Of a stretch of DNA of 64,000 nt, positions 1 through 15,000 are shown piece after piece. The stretch covers positions 8,310,001 through 8,374,000 of the forward strand of contig OZ249436.1 in assembly GCA_965235115.1 (NCBI GenBank). Reading direction: 5' to 3'. A model generated the notes under the pieces. It did not search any database, had not been told where the DNA came from, and saw only the letters and a list, made by a program, of their open reading frames with translations. The stretch comes from Laetmonice hystrix. Lineage: Eukaryota. Numbering within the stretch: position 1 is the stretch's first letter; each line of letters begins with the position of its first letter. Position numbers and translations under genes: made by a program.

Positions 1-3000
1 TATAGAAAAGCCGTACAACGTCATTTGCCATTGTTAATTAAGCCTTTAGAGCAAACACACATTGGGACGACCTGACGACGTTGTCGCACGCTTACAGATG
101 GTCTGTAGGGGACACAGATTAGATGGGAGTAGATGCTAGACGAAACGTATGGCCTGCCTCCTGGACAATAAAGGCATGGAAACATGAAACATAAGGCGTC
201 CCTATATTACTGGCTACTGTTGTAATCAAGCAAACGGTACAGGGAGGACAAACAGTACAGTAAGGAATCGCTACAAGGTACTGGCTGGCCTAGCACCCAA
301 GCGAACACTACAGTGAGGCCAAAGAGTACAGTCAGGCCAAACAGCCAAGCAGTGTGGGCGGCCAACCAGTAGAGTGACAAGTCCCTACATCTTACCGACT
401 GGTCTAGTAGCCATGCAAACACTACAGTGAGGTAGTGGAAATGAAAGGTACAGGCGAGGACCATCTAATGTTACAATCTGGAGAAGATACTCCAATGGGA
501 AGTATACACATCACAACCATATATCTGTAGCGAACGTACGAGACCTATACGTTTGACAGTTTTACATCTGGCCTAAGAATCATAACTTTAGGGGACGTAG
601 TTACAATTTGACGTATCAGAAATGTAGCCATTTTTCGCTTCTCATTGCTTTAACCTAAGAGCCACAGGTGCCCGCCAGCCCGGCCAGGTATACGTGGTGA
701 TTCCACCGGTAGCCGGAAGATGGCAGTGCAGTCGCCGCTTTCGCCGCCGCTTCAGTAGAGCTGCGCTGCACCCTGGTGTTTCTTGCCTGCAAGATCCCTG
801 TACTCTTTCTTTGTTTGTTTCTTACTTGGGGATGTGATATCTGATATAGAAAAGGCGTACAACGTCATTTGCCATTGTTAACTAAGCCTTTACGGCAAAC
901 CGTCATTGGGACGACCTGACGACGTTGTCGCACGCTTACAGATGGTCTGTAGGGGACACAGATTAGATGGGAGTAGATGCTAGACGAAACGTATGGCCTG
1001 CCTCCTGGACCATAAGGGCATGGAAACATGAAACATGAGGCGTCCCGATATTACTGGCTACTGTTGTATTCAAGCAAACGGTACAGGGAGGACAAACAGT
1101 ACAGTGAGGAATCGCTACAAGGTACTGGCTGGCCTAGCACCCAAGCGAACACTACAGTGAGGGCACTACAGTCAGGCCAAACAGTACACTGTGAGGCCAA
1201 GCAGTGTGGGCGGCCAACTAGTAGAGTGACAAATCCCTGCATCTTACCGACTGCCCTAGTAGCCATGCAAAGATTACAGTGAGGTAGTGGAAATGAAAGG
1301 TACAGGCGAGGACCATCTAATGTTAAAATCTGGAGAAGATACTTCAATGGGAAGTATACACATCACAAGCATATATCTGTAGCGAACGTACGAGACCTAT
1401 ACGTTTGACAGTTATACATCTGGCCTTAGAATAATAACTTTAGGGGGCGTAGTTACAATTTGACGTATCAGAAATGTAGCCATTTTTCGCTTCTCATTGC
1501 TTTAACCTAAGAGCCACAGGTGCCCGCCAGCCCGGCCAGGTATACGTGGTGATTCCATCGGTAGCCGGAAGATGGCAGTGCAGTCGCCGCTTTCGCCGCC
1601 GCTTCAGCAGAGCTGCGCTGCACCCTGGTGTTTCTTGCCTGCAAGATCTCTGTACTCTTTCTTTGTTTGTTTCTTACTTGAGGATGGGATATCTGATATA
1701 GAAAAGGCGTACAACGTCATTTGCCATTGTTAACTAAGCCTTTACGGCAAACAGTCATTGGCACGAACTGACAACGTTGTCGCACGCTTACAGATGGTCT
1801 GTAGGGGACACAGATTAGATAGGAGTAGATGCTAGACGAAACGTATGGCCTGCCTCCTGGACAATAAAGGCATGGAAACATGAAACATGAGGCGTCCCTA
1901 TATTACTGGCTACTGTTGTATTCAAGCAAACGGTACAGGGAGGACAAACAGTACAGTGAGGAATCGCTACAAGGTACTGGCTGGCCTAGCACCCAAGCGA
2001 ACACTACAGTGAGGCCAAAGAGTACAGTCAGGCCAAACAGCCAAGCAGTGTGGGCGGCCAACCAGTAGAGTGACAAGTCCCTACATCTTACCGACTGGTC
2101 TAGTAGCCATGCAAACACTACAGTGAGGTAGTGGAAATGAAAGGTACAGGCGAGGACCATCTAATGTTAAAATCTGGAGAAGATACTCTATCAATGGGAA
2201 GTATACACATCACAACCATATATCTGTAGCGAACGTACGAGACCTATACGTTTGACAGTTATACATCTGGCCTAAGAATCATAACTTTAGGGGGCGTAGT
2301 TACAATTTGACGTATCAGAAATGTAGCCATTTTTCGCTTCTCATTGCTTTAACCTAAGAGCCACAGGTGCCCGCCAGCCCGGCCAGGTATACGTGGTGAT
2401 TCCATCGGTAGCCGGAAGATGGCAGTGCAGTGGCCGCTTTCGCCGCCGCTTCAGTAGAGCTGCGCTGCACCCTGGTGTTTCTTGCCTGCAAGATCTCTGT
2501 ACTCTTTCTTTGTTTGTTTCTTACTTGAGGATGGGATATCTGATATAGAAAAGGCGTACAACGTCATTTGCCATTGTTAACTAAGCCTTTACGGCAAACA
2601 GTCATTGGCACGAACTGACAACGTTGTCGCACGCTTACAGATGGTCTGTAGGGGACACAGATTAGATGGGAGTAGATGCTAGACGAAACGTATGGCCTGC
2701 CTCCTGGACAATAAAGGCATGGAAACATGAAACATGAGGCGTCCCTATATTACTGGCTACTGTTGTATTCAAGCAAACGGTATAGGGAGGACAAACAGTA
2801 CAGTGAGGAATCGCTACAAGGTACTGGCTGGCCTAGCACCCAAGCGAACACTACAGTGAGGCCAAAGAGTACAGTCAGGCCAAACAGCCAAGCAGTGTGG
2901 GCGGCCAACCAGTAGAGTGACAAGTCCCTACATCTTACCGACTGGTCTAGTAGCCATGCAAACACTACAGTGAGGTAGTGGAAATGAAAGGTACAGGCGA

Positions 3001-6000
3001 GGACCATCTAATGTTACAATCTGGAGAAGATACTCTATCAATGGGAAGTATACACATCACAACCATATATCTGTAGCGAACGTACGAGACCTATACGTTT
3101 TACAGTTATACATCTGGCCTAAGAATCATAACTTTAGGGGGCGTAGTTACAATTTGACGTATCAGAAATGTAGCCATTTTTCGCTTCTCACTAAGAGCCA
3201 CAGGTGCCCGCCAGCCCGGCCAGGTATACGTGGTGATTCCATCGGTAGCCGGAAGATGGCAGTGCAGTCGCCGCTTTCGCCGCCGCTTCAGTAGAGCTGC
3301 GCTGCACCCTGGTGTTTCTTGCCTGCAAGATCTCTGTACTCTTTCTTTGTTTGTTTCTTACTTGAGGATGGGATATCTGATATAGAAAAGGCGTACAACG
3401 TCATTTGCCATTGTTAACTAAGCCTTTACGGCAAACAGTCATTGGGACGACCTGACAACGTTGTCTCACGCTTACGGATGGTCTGTAGGGGACACAGATT
3501 AGATAGGAGTATATGCTAGACGAAACGTATGGCCTGCCTCCTGGACAATAAAGGCATGGAAACATGAAACATGAGGCGTCCCTATATTACTGGCTACTGT
3601 TGTATTCAAGCAAACGGTATAGGAAGGACAAACAGTACAGTGAGGAATCGCTACAAGGTACTGGCTGGCCTAGCACCCAAGCGAACACTACAGTGAGGCC
3701 AAAGAGTACAGTCAGGCCAAACAGCCAAGCAGTGTGGGCGGCCAACCAGTAGAGTGACAAGTCCCTACATCTTACCGACTGGCCTAGTAGCCATGCAAAC
3801 ACTACAGTGAGGTAGTGGAAATGAAAGCTACAGGCGAGGACCATCTAATGTTAAAATCTGGAGAAGATACTCCAATAGGAAGTATACACATCACAACCAT
3901 ATATCTGTAGCGACCGTACGAGACCTATACGTTTGACAGTTATACATCTGGCCTAAGAATCATAACTTTAGGGGGCGTAGTTACAATTTGACGTATCAGA
4001 AATGTAGCCATTTTTCGCTTCTCATTGCTTTAACCTAAGAGCCACAGGTGCCCGCCAGCCCGGCCAGGTATACGTGGTGATTCCACCGGTAGCCGGAAGA
4101 TGGCAGTGCAGTCGCCGCTTTCACCGCCGCTTCAGTAGAGCTGCGCTGCACCCTGGTGTTTATTGTCTGCAAGATCTCTGTACTCTTTGTTTGTTTGTTT
4201 CTTACTTGGGGATGGGATATCTGATATAGAAAAGGCGTACAACGTCATTTGCCATTGTTAACTAAGCCTTTACGGCAAACCGTCATTGGGACGACCTGAC
4301 GACGTTGTCGCACGCTTACAGATGGTCTGTAGGGGACACAGATTAGATGGGAGTAGATGCTAGACGAAACGTATGGCCTGCCTCCTGGACCATAAGGGCA
4401 TGGAAACATGAAACATGAGGCGTCCCGATATTACTGGCTACTGTTGTATTCAAGCAAACGGTACAGGGAGGACAAACAGTACAGTGAGGAATCGCTACAA
4501 GGTACTGGCTGGCCTAGCACCCAAGCGAACACTACAGTGAGGGCACTACAGTCAGGCCAAACAGTACACTGTGAGGCCAAGCAGTGTGGGCGGCCAACTA
4601 GTAGAGTGACAAATCCCTGCATCTTACCGACTGCCCTAGTAGCCATGCAAAGATTACAGTGAGGTAGTGGAAATGAAAGGTACAGGCGAGGACCATCTAA
4701 TGTTAAAATCTGGAGAAGATACTTCAATGGGAAGTATACACATCACAAGCATATATCTGTAGCGAACGTACGAGACCTATACGTTTGACAGTTATACATC
4801 TGGCCTTAGAATAATAACTTTAGGGGGCGTAGTTACAATTTGACGTATCAGAAATGTAGCCATTTTTCGCTTCTCATTGCTTTAACCTAAGAGCCACAGG
4901 TGCCCGCCAGCCCGGCCAGGTATACGTGGTGATTCCATCGGTAGCCGGAAGATGGCAGTGCAGTCGCCGCTTTCGCCGCCGCTTCAGCAGAGCTGCGCTG
5001 CACCCTGGTGTTTCTTGCCTGCAAGATCTCTGTACTCTTTCTTTGTTTGTTTCTTACTTGAGGATGGGATATCTGATATAGAAAAGGCGTACAACGTCAT
5101 TTGCCATTGTTAACTAAGCCTTTACGGCAAACAGTCATTGGCACGAACTGACAACGTTGTCGCACGCTTACAGATGGTCTGTAGGGGACACAGATTAGAT
5201 AGGAGTAGATGCTAGACGAAACGTATGGCCTGCCTCCTGGACAATAAAGGCATGGAAACATGAAACATGAGGCGTCCCTATATTACTGGCTACTGTTGTA
5301 TTCAAGCAAACGGTACAGGGAGGACAAACAGTACAGTGAGGAATCGCTACAAGGTACTGGCTGGCCTAGCACCCAAGCGAACACTACAGTGAGGCCAAAG
5401 AGTACAGTCAGGCCAAACAGCCAAGCAGTGTGGGCGGCCAACCAGTAGAGTGACAAGTCCCTACATCTTACCGACTGGTCTAGTAGCCATGCAAACACTA
5501 CAGTGAGGTAGTGGAAATGAAAGGTACAGGCGAGGACCATCTAATGTTAAAATCTGGAGAAGATACTCTATCAATGGGAAGTATACACATCACAACCATA
5601 TATCTGTAGCGAACGTACGAGACCTATACGTTTGACAGTTATACATCTGGCCTAAGAATCATAACTTTAGGGGGCGTAGTTACAATTTGACGTATCAGAA
5701 ATGTAGCCATTTTTCGCTTCTCATTGCTTTAACCTAAGAGCCACAGGTGCCCGCCAGCCCGGCCAGGTATACGTGGTGATTCCATCGGTAGCCGGAAGAT
5801 GGCAGTGCAGTGGCCGCTTTCGCCGCCGCTTCAGTAGAGCTGCGCTGCACCCTGGTGTTTCTTGCCTGCAAGATCTCTGTACTCTTTCTTTGTTTGTTTC
5901 TTACTTGAGGATGGGATATCTGATATAGAAAAGGCGTACAACGTCATTTGCCATTGTTAACTAAGCCTTTACGGCAAACAGTCATTGGCACGAACTGACA

Positions 6001-9000
6001 ACGTTGTCGGACGCTTACAGATGGTCTGTAGGGGACACAGATTAGATGGGAGTAGATGCTAGACGAAACGTATGGCCTGCCTCCTGGACAATAAAGGCAT
6101 GGAAACATGAAACATGAGGCGTCCCTATATTACTGGCTACTGTTGTATTCAAGCAAACGGTACAGGAAGGACAAACAGTACAGTGAGGAATCGCTACAAG
6201 GTACTGGCTGGCCTAGCACCCAAGCGAACACTACAGTGAGGCCAAAGAGTACAGTCAGGCCAAACAGCCAAGCAGTAGCCAGTAATATAGGTTAAAATCT
6301 GGAGAAGATACTCAAATGGGAAGTATACACATCAGAACCATATATATCTGTAGCGAACGTACGGGACCTATACGTTTGACAGTTATACATCTGGCCTAAG
6401 AATCATAACTTTAGGGGGCGTAGTTACAATTTGACGTATCAGAAATGTAGCCATTTTTTCGCTACTCATTGCTCTAACCTAAGAGCCACAGGTGCCCGCC
6501 AGCCCGGCCAGGTATACGTGGTGATTCCACCGGTAGCCGGAAGATGGCAGTGCAGTCGCCGCTTTCGCCGCCGCTTCAGTAGAGCTGCGCTGCACCCTGG
6601 TGTTTCTTGCCTGCAAGATCCCTGTACTCTTTCTTTGTTTGTTTCTTACTTGGGGATGGGATATCTGATATAGAAAAGCCGTACAACGTCATTTGCCATT
6701 GTTAATTAAGCCTTTAGAGCAAACACACATTGGGACGACCTGACGACGTTGTCGCACGCTTACAGATGGTCTGTAGGGGACACAGATTAGATGGGAGTAG
6801 ATGCTAGACGAAACGTATGGCCTGCCTCCTGGACAATAAAGGCATGGAAACATGAAACATAAGGCGTCCCTATATTACTGGCTACTGTTGTAATCAAGCA
6901 AACGGTACAGGGAGGACAAACAGTACAGTAAGGAATCGCTACAAGGTACTGGCTGGCCTAGCACCCAAGCGAACACTACAGTGAGGCCAAAGAGTACAGT
7001 CAGGCCAAACAGCCAAGCAGTGTGGGCGGCCAACCAGTAGAGTGACAAGTCCCTACATCTTACCGACTGGTCTAGTAGCCATGCAAACACTACAGTGAGG
7101 TAGTGGAAATGAAAGGTACAGGCGAGGACCATCTAATGTTACAATCTGGAGAAGATACTCCAATGGGAAGTATACACATCACAACCATATATCTGTAGCG
7201 AACGTACGAGACCTATACGTTTGACAGTTTTACATCTGGCCTAAGAATCATAACTTTAGGGGACGTAGTTACAATTTGACGTATCAGAAATGTAGCCATT
7301 TTTCGCTTCTCATTGCTTTAACCTAAGAGCCACAGGTGCCCGCCAGCCCGGCCAGGTATACGTGGTGATTCCACCGGTAGCCGGAAGATGGCAGTGCAGT
7401 CGCCGCTTTCGCCGCCGCTTCAGTAGAGCTGCGCTGCACCCTGGTGTTTCTTGCCTGCAAGATCCCTGTACTCTTTCTTTGTTTGTTTCTTACTTGGGGA
7501 TGTGATATCTGATATAGAAAAGGCGTACAACGTCATTTGCCATTCTTAACTAAGCCTTTACGGCAAACCGTCATTGGGACGACCTGACGACGTTGTCGCA
7601 CGCTTACAGATGGTCTGTAGGGGACACAGATTAGATGGGAGTAGATGCTAGACGAAACGTATGGCCTGCCTCCTGGACCATAAGGGCATGGAAACATGAA
7701 ACATGAGGCGTCCCGATATTACTGGCTACTGTTGTATTCAAGCAAACGGTACAGGGAGGACAAACAGTACAGTGAGGAATCGCTACAAGGTACTGGCTGG
7801 CCTAGCACCCAAGCGAACACTACAGTGAGGGCACTACAGTCAGGCCAACCAGTACACTGTGAGGCCAAGCAGTGTGGGCGGCCAACTAGTAGAGTGACAA
7901 ATCCCTGCATCTTACCGACTGCCCTAGTAGCCATGCAAAGATTACAGTGAGGTAGTGGAAATGAAAGGTACAGGCGAGGACCATCTAATGTTAAAATCTG
8001 GAGAAGATACTTCAATGGGAAGTATACACATCACAAGCATATATCTGTAGCGAACGTACGAGACCTATACGTTTGACAGTTATACATCTGGCCTTAGAAT
8101 AATAACTTTAGGGGGCGTAGTTACAATTTGACGTATCAGAAATGTAGCCATTTTTCGCTTCTCATTGCTTTAACCTAAGAGCCACAGGTGCCCGCCAGCC
8201 CGGCCAGGTATACGTGGTGATTCCATCGGTAGCCGGAAGATGGCAGTGCAGTCGCCGCTTTCGCCGCCGCTTCAGCAGAGCTGCGCTGCACCCTGGTGTT
8301 TCTTGCCTGCAAGATCTCTGTACTCTTTCTTTGTTTGTTTCTTACTTGAGGATGGGATATCTGATATAGAAAAGGCGTACAACGTCATTTGCCATTGTTA
8401 ACTAAGCCTTTACGGCAAACAGTCATTGGCACGAACTGACAACGTTGTCGCACGCTTACAGATGGTCTGTAGGGGACACAGATTAGATAGGAGTAGATGC
8501 TAGACGAAACGTATGGCCTGCCTCCTGGACAATAAAGGCATGGAAACATGAAACATAAGGCGTCCCTATATTACTGGCTACTGTTGTAATCAAGCAAACG
8601 GTACAGGGAGGACAAACAGTACAGTAAGGAATCGCTACAAGGTACTGGCTGGCCTAGCACCCAAGCGAACACTACAGTGAGGCCAAAGAGTACAGTCAGG
8701 CCAAACAGCCAAGCAGTGTGGGCGGCCAACCAGTAGAGTGACAAGTCCCTACATCTTACCGACTGGTCTAGTAGCCATGCAAACACTACAGTGAGGTAGT
8801 GGAAATGAAAGGTACAGGCGAGGACCATCTAATGTTACAATCTGGAGAAGATACTCCAATGGGAAGTATACACATCACAACCATATATCTGTAGCGAACG
8901 TACGAGACCTATACGTTTGACAGTTTTACATCTGGCCTAAGAATCATAACTTTAGGGGACGTAGTTACAATTTGACGTATCAGAAATGTAGCCATTTTTC

Positions 9001-12000
9001 GCTTCTCATTGCTTTAACCTAAGAGCCACAGGTGCCCGCCAGCCCGGCCAGGTATACGTGGTGATTCCACCGGTAGCCGGAAGATGGCAGTGCAGTCGCC
9101 GCTTTCGCCGCCGCTTCAGTAGAGCTGCGCTGCACCCTGGTGTTTCTTGCCTGCAAGATCCCTGTACTCTTTCTTTGTTTGTTTCTTACTTGGGGATGTG
9201 ATATCTGATATAGAAAAGGCGTACAACGTCATTTGCCATTGTTAACTAAGCCTTTACGGCAAACCGTCATTGGGACGACCTGACGACGTTGTCGCACGCT
9301 TACAGATGGTCTGTAGGGGACACAGATTAGATGGGAGTAGATGCTAGACGAAACGTATGGCCTGCCTCCTGGACCATAAGGGCATGGAAACATGAAACAT
9401 GAGGCGTCCCGATATTACTGGCTACTGTTGTATTCAAGCAAACGGTACAGGGAGGACAAACAGTACAGTGAGGAATCGCTACAAGGTACTGGCTGGCCTA
9501 GCACCCAAGCGAACACTACAGTGAGGGCACTACAGTCAGGCCAAACAGTACACTGTGAGGCCAAGCAGTGTGGGCGGCCAACTAGTAGAGTGACAAATCC
9601 CTGCATCTTACCGACTGCCCTAGTAGCCATGCAAAGATTACAGTGAGGTAGTGGAAATGAAAGGTACAGGCGAGGACCATCTAATGTTAAAATCTGGAGA
9701 AGATACTTCAATGGGAAGTATACACATCACAAGCATATATCTGTAGCGAACGTACGAGACCTATACGTTTGACAGTTATACATCTGGCCTTAGAATAATA
9801 ACTTTAGGGGGCGTAGTTACAATTTGACGTATCAGAAATGTAGCCATTTTTCGCTTCTCATTGCTTTAACCTAAGAGCCACAGGTGCCCGCCAGCCCGGC
9901 CAGGTATACGTGGTGATTCCATCGGTAGCCGGAAGATGGCAGTGCAGTCGCCGCTTTCGCCGCCGCTTCAGCAGAGCTGCGCTGCACCCTGGTGTTTCTT
10001 GCCTGCAAGATCTCTGTACTCTTTCTTTGTTTGTTTCTTACTTGAGGATGGGATATCTGATATAGAAAAGGCGTACAACGTCATTTGCCATTGTTAACTA
10101 AGCCTTTACGGCAAACAGTCATTGGCACGAACTGACAACGTTGTCGCACGCTTACAGATGGTCTGTAGGGGACACAGATTAGATAGGAGTAGATGCTAGA
10201 CGAAACGTATGGCCTGCCTCCTGGACAATAAAGGCATGGAAACATGAAACATGAGGCGTCCCTATATTACTGGCTACTGTTGTATTCAAGCAAACGGTAC
10301 AGGGAGGACAAACAGTACAGTGAGGAATCGCTACAAGGTACTGGCTGGCCTAGCACCCAAGCGAACACTACAGTGAGGCCAAAGAGTACAGTCAGGCCAA
10401 ACAGCCAAGCAGTGTGGGCGGCCAACCAGTAGAGTGACAAGTCCCTACATCTTACCGACTGGTCTAGTAGCCATGCAAACACTACAGTGAGGTAGTGGAA
10501 ATGAAAGGTACAGGCGAGGACCATCTAATGTTAAAATCTGGAGAAGATACTCTATCAATGGGAAGTATACACATCACAACCATATATCTGTAGCGAACGT
10601 ACGAGACCTATACGTTTGACAGTTATACATCTGGCCTAAGAATCATAACTTTAGGGGGCGTAGTTACAATTTGACGTATCAGAAATGTAGCCATTTTTCG
10701 CTTCTCATTGCTTTAACCTAAGAGCCACAGGTGCCCGCCAGCCCGGCCAGGTATACGTGGTGATTCCATCGGTAGCCGGAAGATGGCAGTGCAGTGGCCG
10801 CTTTCGCCGCCGCTTCAGTAGAGCTGCGCTGCACCCTGGTGTTTCTTGCCTGCAAGATCTCTGTACTCTTTCTTTGTTTGTTTCTTACTTGAGGATGGGA
10901 TATCTGATATAGAAAAGGCGTACAACGTCATTTGCCATTGTTAACTAAGCCTTTACGGCAAACAGTCATTGGCACGAACTGACAACGTTGTCGCACGCTT
11001 ACAGATGGTCTGTAGGGGACACAGATTAGATGAGAGTAGATGCTAGACGAAACGTATGGCCTGCCTCCTGGACAATAAAGGCATGGAAACATGAAACATG
11101 AGGCGTCCCTATATTACTGGCTACTGTTGTATTCAAGCAAACGGTATAGGGAGGACAAACAGTACAGTGAGGAATCGCTACAAGGTACTGGCTGGCCTAG
11201 CACCCAAGCGAACACTACAGTGAGGCCAAAGAGTACAGTCAGGCCAAACAGCCAAGCAGTGTGGGCGGCCAACCAGTAGAGTGACAAGTCCCTACATCTT
11301 ACCGACTGGTCTAGTAGCCATGCAAACACTACAGTGAGGTAGTGGAAATGAAAGGTACAGGCGAGGACCATCTAATGTTACAATCTGGAGAAGATACTCT
11401 ATCAATGGGAAGTATACACATCACAACCATATATCTGTAGCGAACGTACGAGACCTATACGTTTTACAGTTATACATCTGGCCTAAGAATCATAACTTTA
11501 GGGGGCGTAGTTACAATTTGACGTATCAGAAATGTAGCCATTTTTCGCTTCTCACTAAGAGCCACAGGTGCCCGCCAGCCCGGCCAGGTATACGTGGTGA
11601 TTCCATCGGTAGCCGGAAGATGGCAGTGCAGTCGCCGCTTTCGCCGCCGCTTCAGTAGAGCTGCGCTGCACCCTGGTGTTTCTTGCCTGCAAGATCTCTG
11701 TACTCTTTCTTTGTTTGTTTCTTACTTGAGGATGGGATATCTGATATAGAAAAGGCGTACAACGTCATTTGCCATTGTTAACTAAGCCTTTACGGCAAAC
11801 AGTCATTGGGACGACCTGACAACGTTGTCTCACGCTTACGGATGGTCTGTAGGGGACACAGATTAGATAGGAGTATATGCTAGACGAAACGTATGGCCTG
11901 CCTCCTGGACAATAAAGGCATGGAAACATGAAACATGAGGCGTCCCTATATTACTGGCTACTGTTGTATTCAAGCAAACGGTATAGGAAGGACAAACAGT

Positions 12001-15000
12001 ACAGTGAGGAATCGCTACAAGGTACTGGCTGGCCTAGCACCCAAGCGAACACTACAGTGAGGCCAAAGAGTACAGTCAGGCCAAACAGCCAAGCAGTGTG
12101 GGCGGCCAACCAGTAGAGTGACAAGTCCCTACATCTTACCGACTGGCCTAGTAGCCATGCAAACACTACAGTGAGGTAGTGGAAATGAAAGCTACAGGCG
12201 AGGACCATCTAATGTTAAAATCTGGAGAAGATACTCCAATAGGAAGTATACACATCACAACCATATATCTGTAGCGACCGTACGAGACCTATACGTTTGA
12301 CAGTTATACATCTGGCCTAAGAATCATAACTTTAGGGGGCGTAGTTACAATTTGACGTATCAGAAATGTAGCCATTTTTCGCTTCTCATTGCTTTAACCT
12401 AAGAGCCACAGGTGCCCGCCAGCCCGGCCAGGTATACGTGGTGATTCCACCGGTAGCCGGAAGATGGCAGTGCAGTCGCCGCTTTCACCGCCGCTTCAGT
12501 AGAGCTGCGCTGCACCCTGGTGTTTATTGTCTGCAAGATCTCTGTACTCTTTGTTTGTTTGTTTCTTACTTGGGGATGGGATATCTGATATAGAAAAGGC
12601 GTACAACGTCATTTACCATTGTTAACTAAGCCTTTACGGCAAACAATCATTGGGACGACCTGACAACGTTGTCTCACGCTTACGGATGGTCTGTAGGGGA
12701 CACAGATTAGATAGGAGTATATGCTAGACGAAACGTATGGCCTGCCTCCTGGACAATAAAGGCATGGAAACATGAAACATGAGGCGTCCCTATATTACTG
12801 GCTACTGTTGTATTCAAGCAAACGGTACCGGGAGGACAAACAGTACAGTGAGGAATCGCTACAAGGTACTGGCTGGCCTAGCACCCAAGCGAACACTACA
12901 GTCAGGCCACTACAGTCAGGCCAAACAGTACACTGTGAGGCCAAGCAGTGTGGGCGGCCAACCAGTAGAGTGACAAATCCCTACATCTTACCGACTGGCC
13001 TAGTAGCCATGCAAACACTACAGTGAGGTAGTGGAAATGAAAGGTACTGGCGAGGAGCATCTAATGTTAAAATCTGGAGAAGATACTCAAATGGGAAGTA
13101 TACACATCAGAACCATATATATCTGTAGCGAACGTACGACACCTATACGTTTGACAGTTATACATCTGGCCTAAGAACCATAACTTTAGGGGGCGTAGTT
13201 ACAGTTTGACGTATCAGAAATGTAGCCATTTTTCGCTTCTCATTGCTTTAACCTAAGAGCCACAGGTGCCCGCCAGCCCGGCCAGGTATACGTGGTGATT
13301 CCACCGGTAGCCGGAAGATGGCAGTGCAGTCGCCGCTTTCGCCGCCGCTTCAGTAGAGCTGCGCTGCACCCTGGTGTTTCTTGCCTGCAAGATCCCTGTA
13401 CTCTTTCTTTGTTTGTTTCTTACTTGGGGATGGGATATCTGATATAGAAAAGGCGTACAACGTCATTTGCCATTGTTAACTAAGCCTTTACGGCAAACAG
13501 TCATTGGGACGACCTGACAACGTTGTCGCACGCTTACAGATGGTCTGTAGGGGACACAGATTAGATGGGAGTAGATGCTAGACGAAACGTATGGCCTGCC
13601 TCCTGGACAATAAAGGCATGGAAACATGAAACATGAGGCGTCCCTATATTACTGGCTACTGTTGTATTCAAGCAAACGGTACAGGGAGGACAAACAGTAC
13701 AGTAAGGAATCGCTACAAGGTACTGGCTGGCCTAGCACCCAAGCGAACACTACAGTGAGGCCAAAGAGTACAGTCAGGCCAAACAGCCAAGCAGTGTGGG
13801 CGGCCAACCAGTAGAGTGACAAGTCCCTACATCTTACCGACTGGCCTAGTAGCCGTGCAAACACTACAGTGAGGTAGTGGAAATGAAAGGTACAGGCGAG
13901 GACCATCTAATGTTAAAATCTGGAGAAGATACTCCAATGGGAAGTATACACATCACAACCATATCTGGAGCGAACGTACGAGACCTATACGTTTGACAAT
14001 TATACATAATGCCTAATAATCATAACTTCATGGGGTGTAGTTTCAATTTGACGTATCAGAAATGTAGCCAATTTTTGCTTCTCATTGCTTTAACCTAAGA
14101 GCCACAGGTGCCCGCCAACCCGGCCAGGTATACGTGGTGATTCCACCGCTAGCCGGAAGATGGCAGTGCAGTCGCCGCCTTCGCCGCTGCGTCAGTAGAG
14201 CTGCACCCTGGTGTTTCTTGCCTGCAACATCTCTGTACTCTTTCTTTGTTTGTTTCTTACTTGGGGATGGGATATCTGATATAGAAAAGGCGTACAACGT
14301 CATTTGTCATTGTTAACTAAACCTTTACGGCAAACAGTCATTGGGACGACCTGACGACGTTGTCGCACGCTTACAGATGGTCTGTAGGGGACACAGATTA
14401 GATGGGAGTAGATGATAGACGAAACGTATGGCCTGCCTCATGGACAATAAAGGCATGGAAACATGAAACATGAGGCGTCCCTATATTACTGACCACTGTT
14501 GTATTCAACCAAACGGTACAGTAAGGACAAACAGTACAGTGAGGAATCGCTACAAGGTACTGGCTGGCCTTGCACCCAAGCAAACTACAATGAGGCCAAA
14601 GAGTACAGTCAGGCCAAGCAGTACACTGTCAGGCCAAGCAGTGTGCGCGGCCAACCAGTAGAGTGACAAGTCCCTACATCTTACCGACTGGCCTAGTAGC
14701 CATGCAAACACTACAGTGAGGTAGTGGAAATGAAAGGTACAGGCGAGGAGCATCTAATGTTAAAATCTGGAGAAGATCCTCAAATGGGAGGTATACACAT
14801 CACAATCATATATCTGTAACGAACGTACGAGACCTATAGGTTTGACAGTTATACATCTGGCCTAAGAATCATAACTTTAGGGGGCGTAGTTACAATTTGA
14901 CGTATCAGAAATGTAGCCATTTTTTTGCTTCTCATTGCTTTAACCTAAGAGCCACAGGTGCCCGCCAGCCCGGCCAGGTATACGTGGTGATTCCACCGGT

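Noticed and set aside
72..150. Hammerhead-like CTGACGA ... GAAAC in the monomer
   Set aside because: No stem II closing pair or stems I/III could be formed, and many monomers read CTGACAA, which breaks the core.
428..450. TGAGGTAGT, matching the first 9 nt of let-7, in nearly every monomer
   Set aside because: The rest does not match let-7, and no pre-miRNA-length hairpin is visible (only a 6-bp CACTAC/GTAGTG stem). It overlaps the internal TACAGTGAGG sub-repeat.
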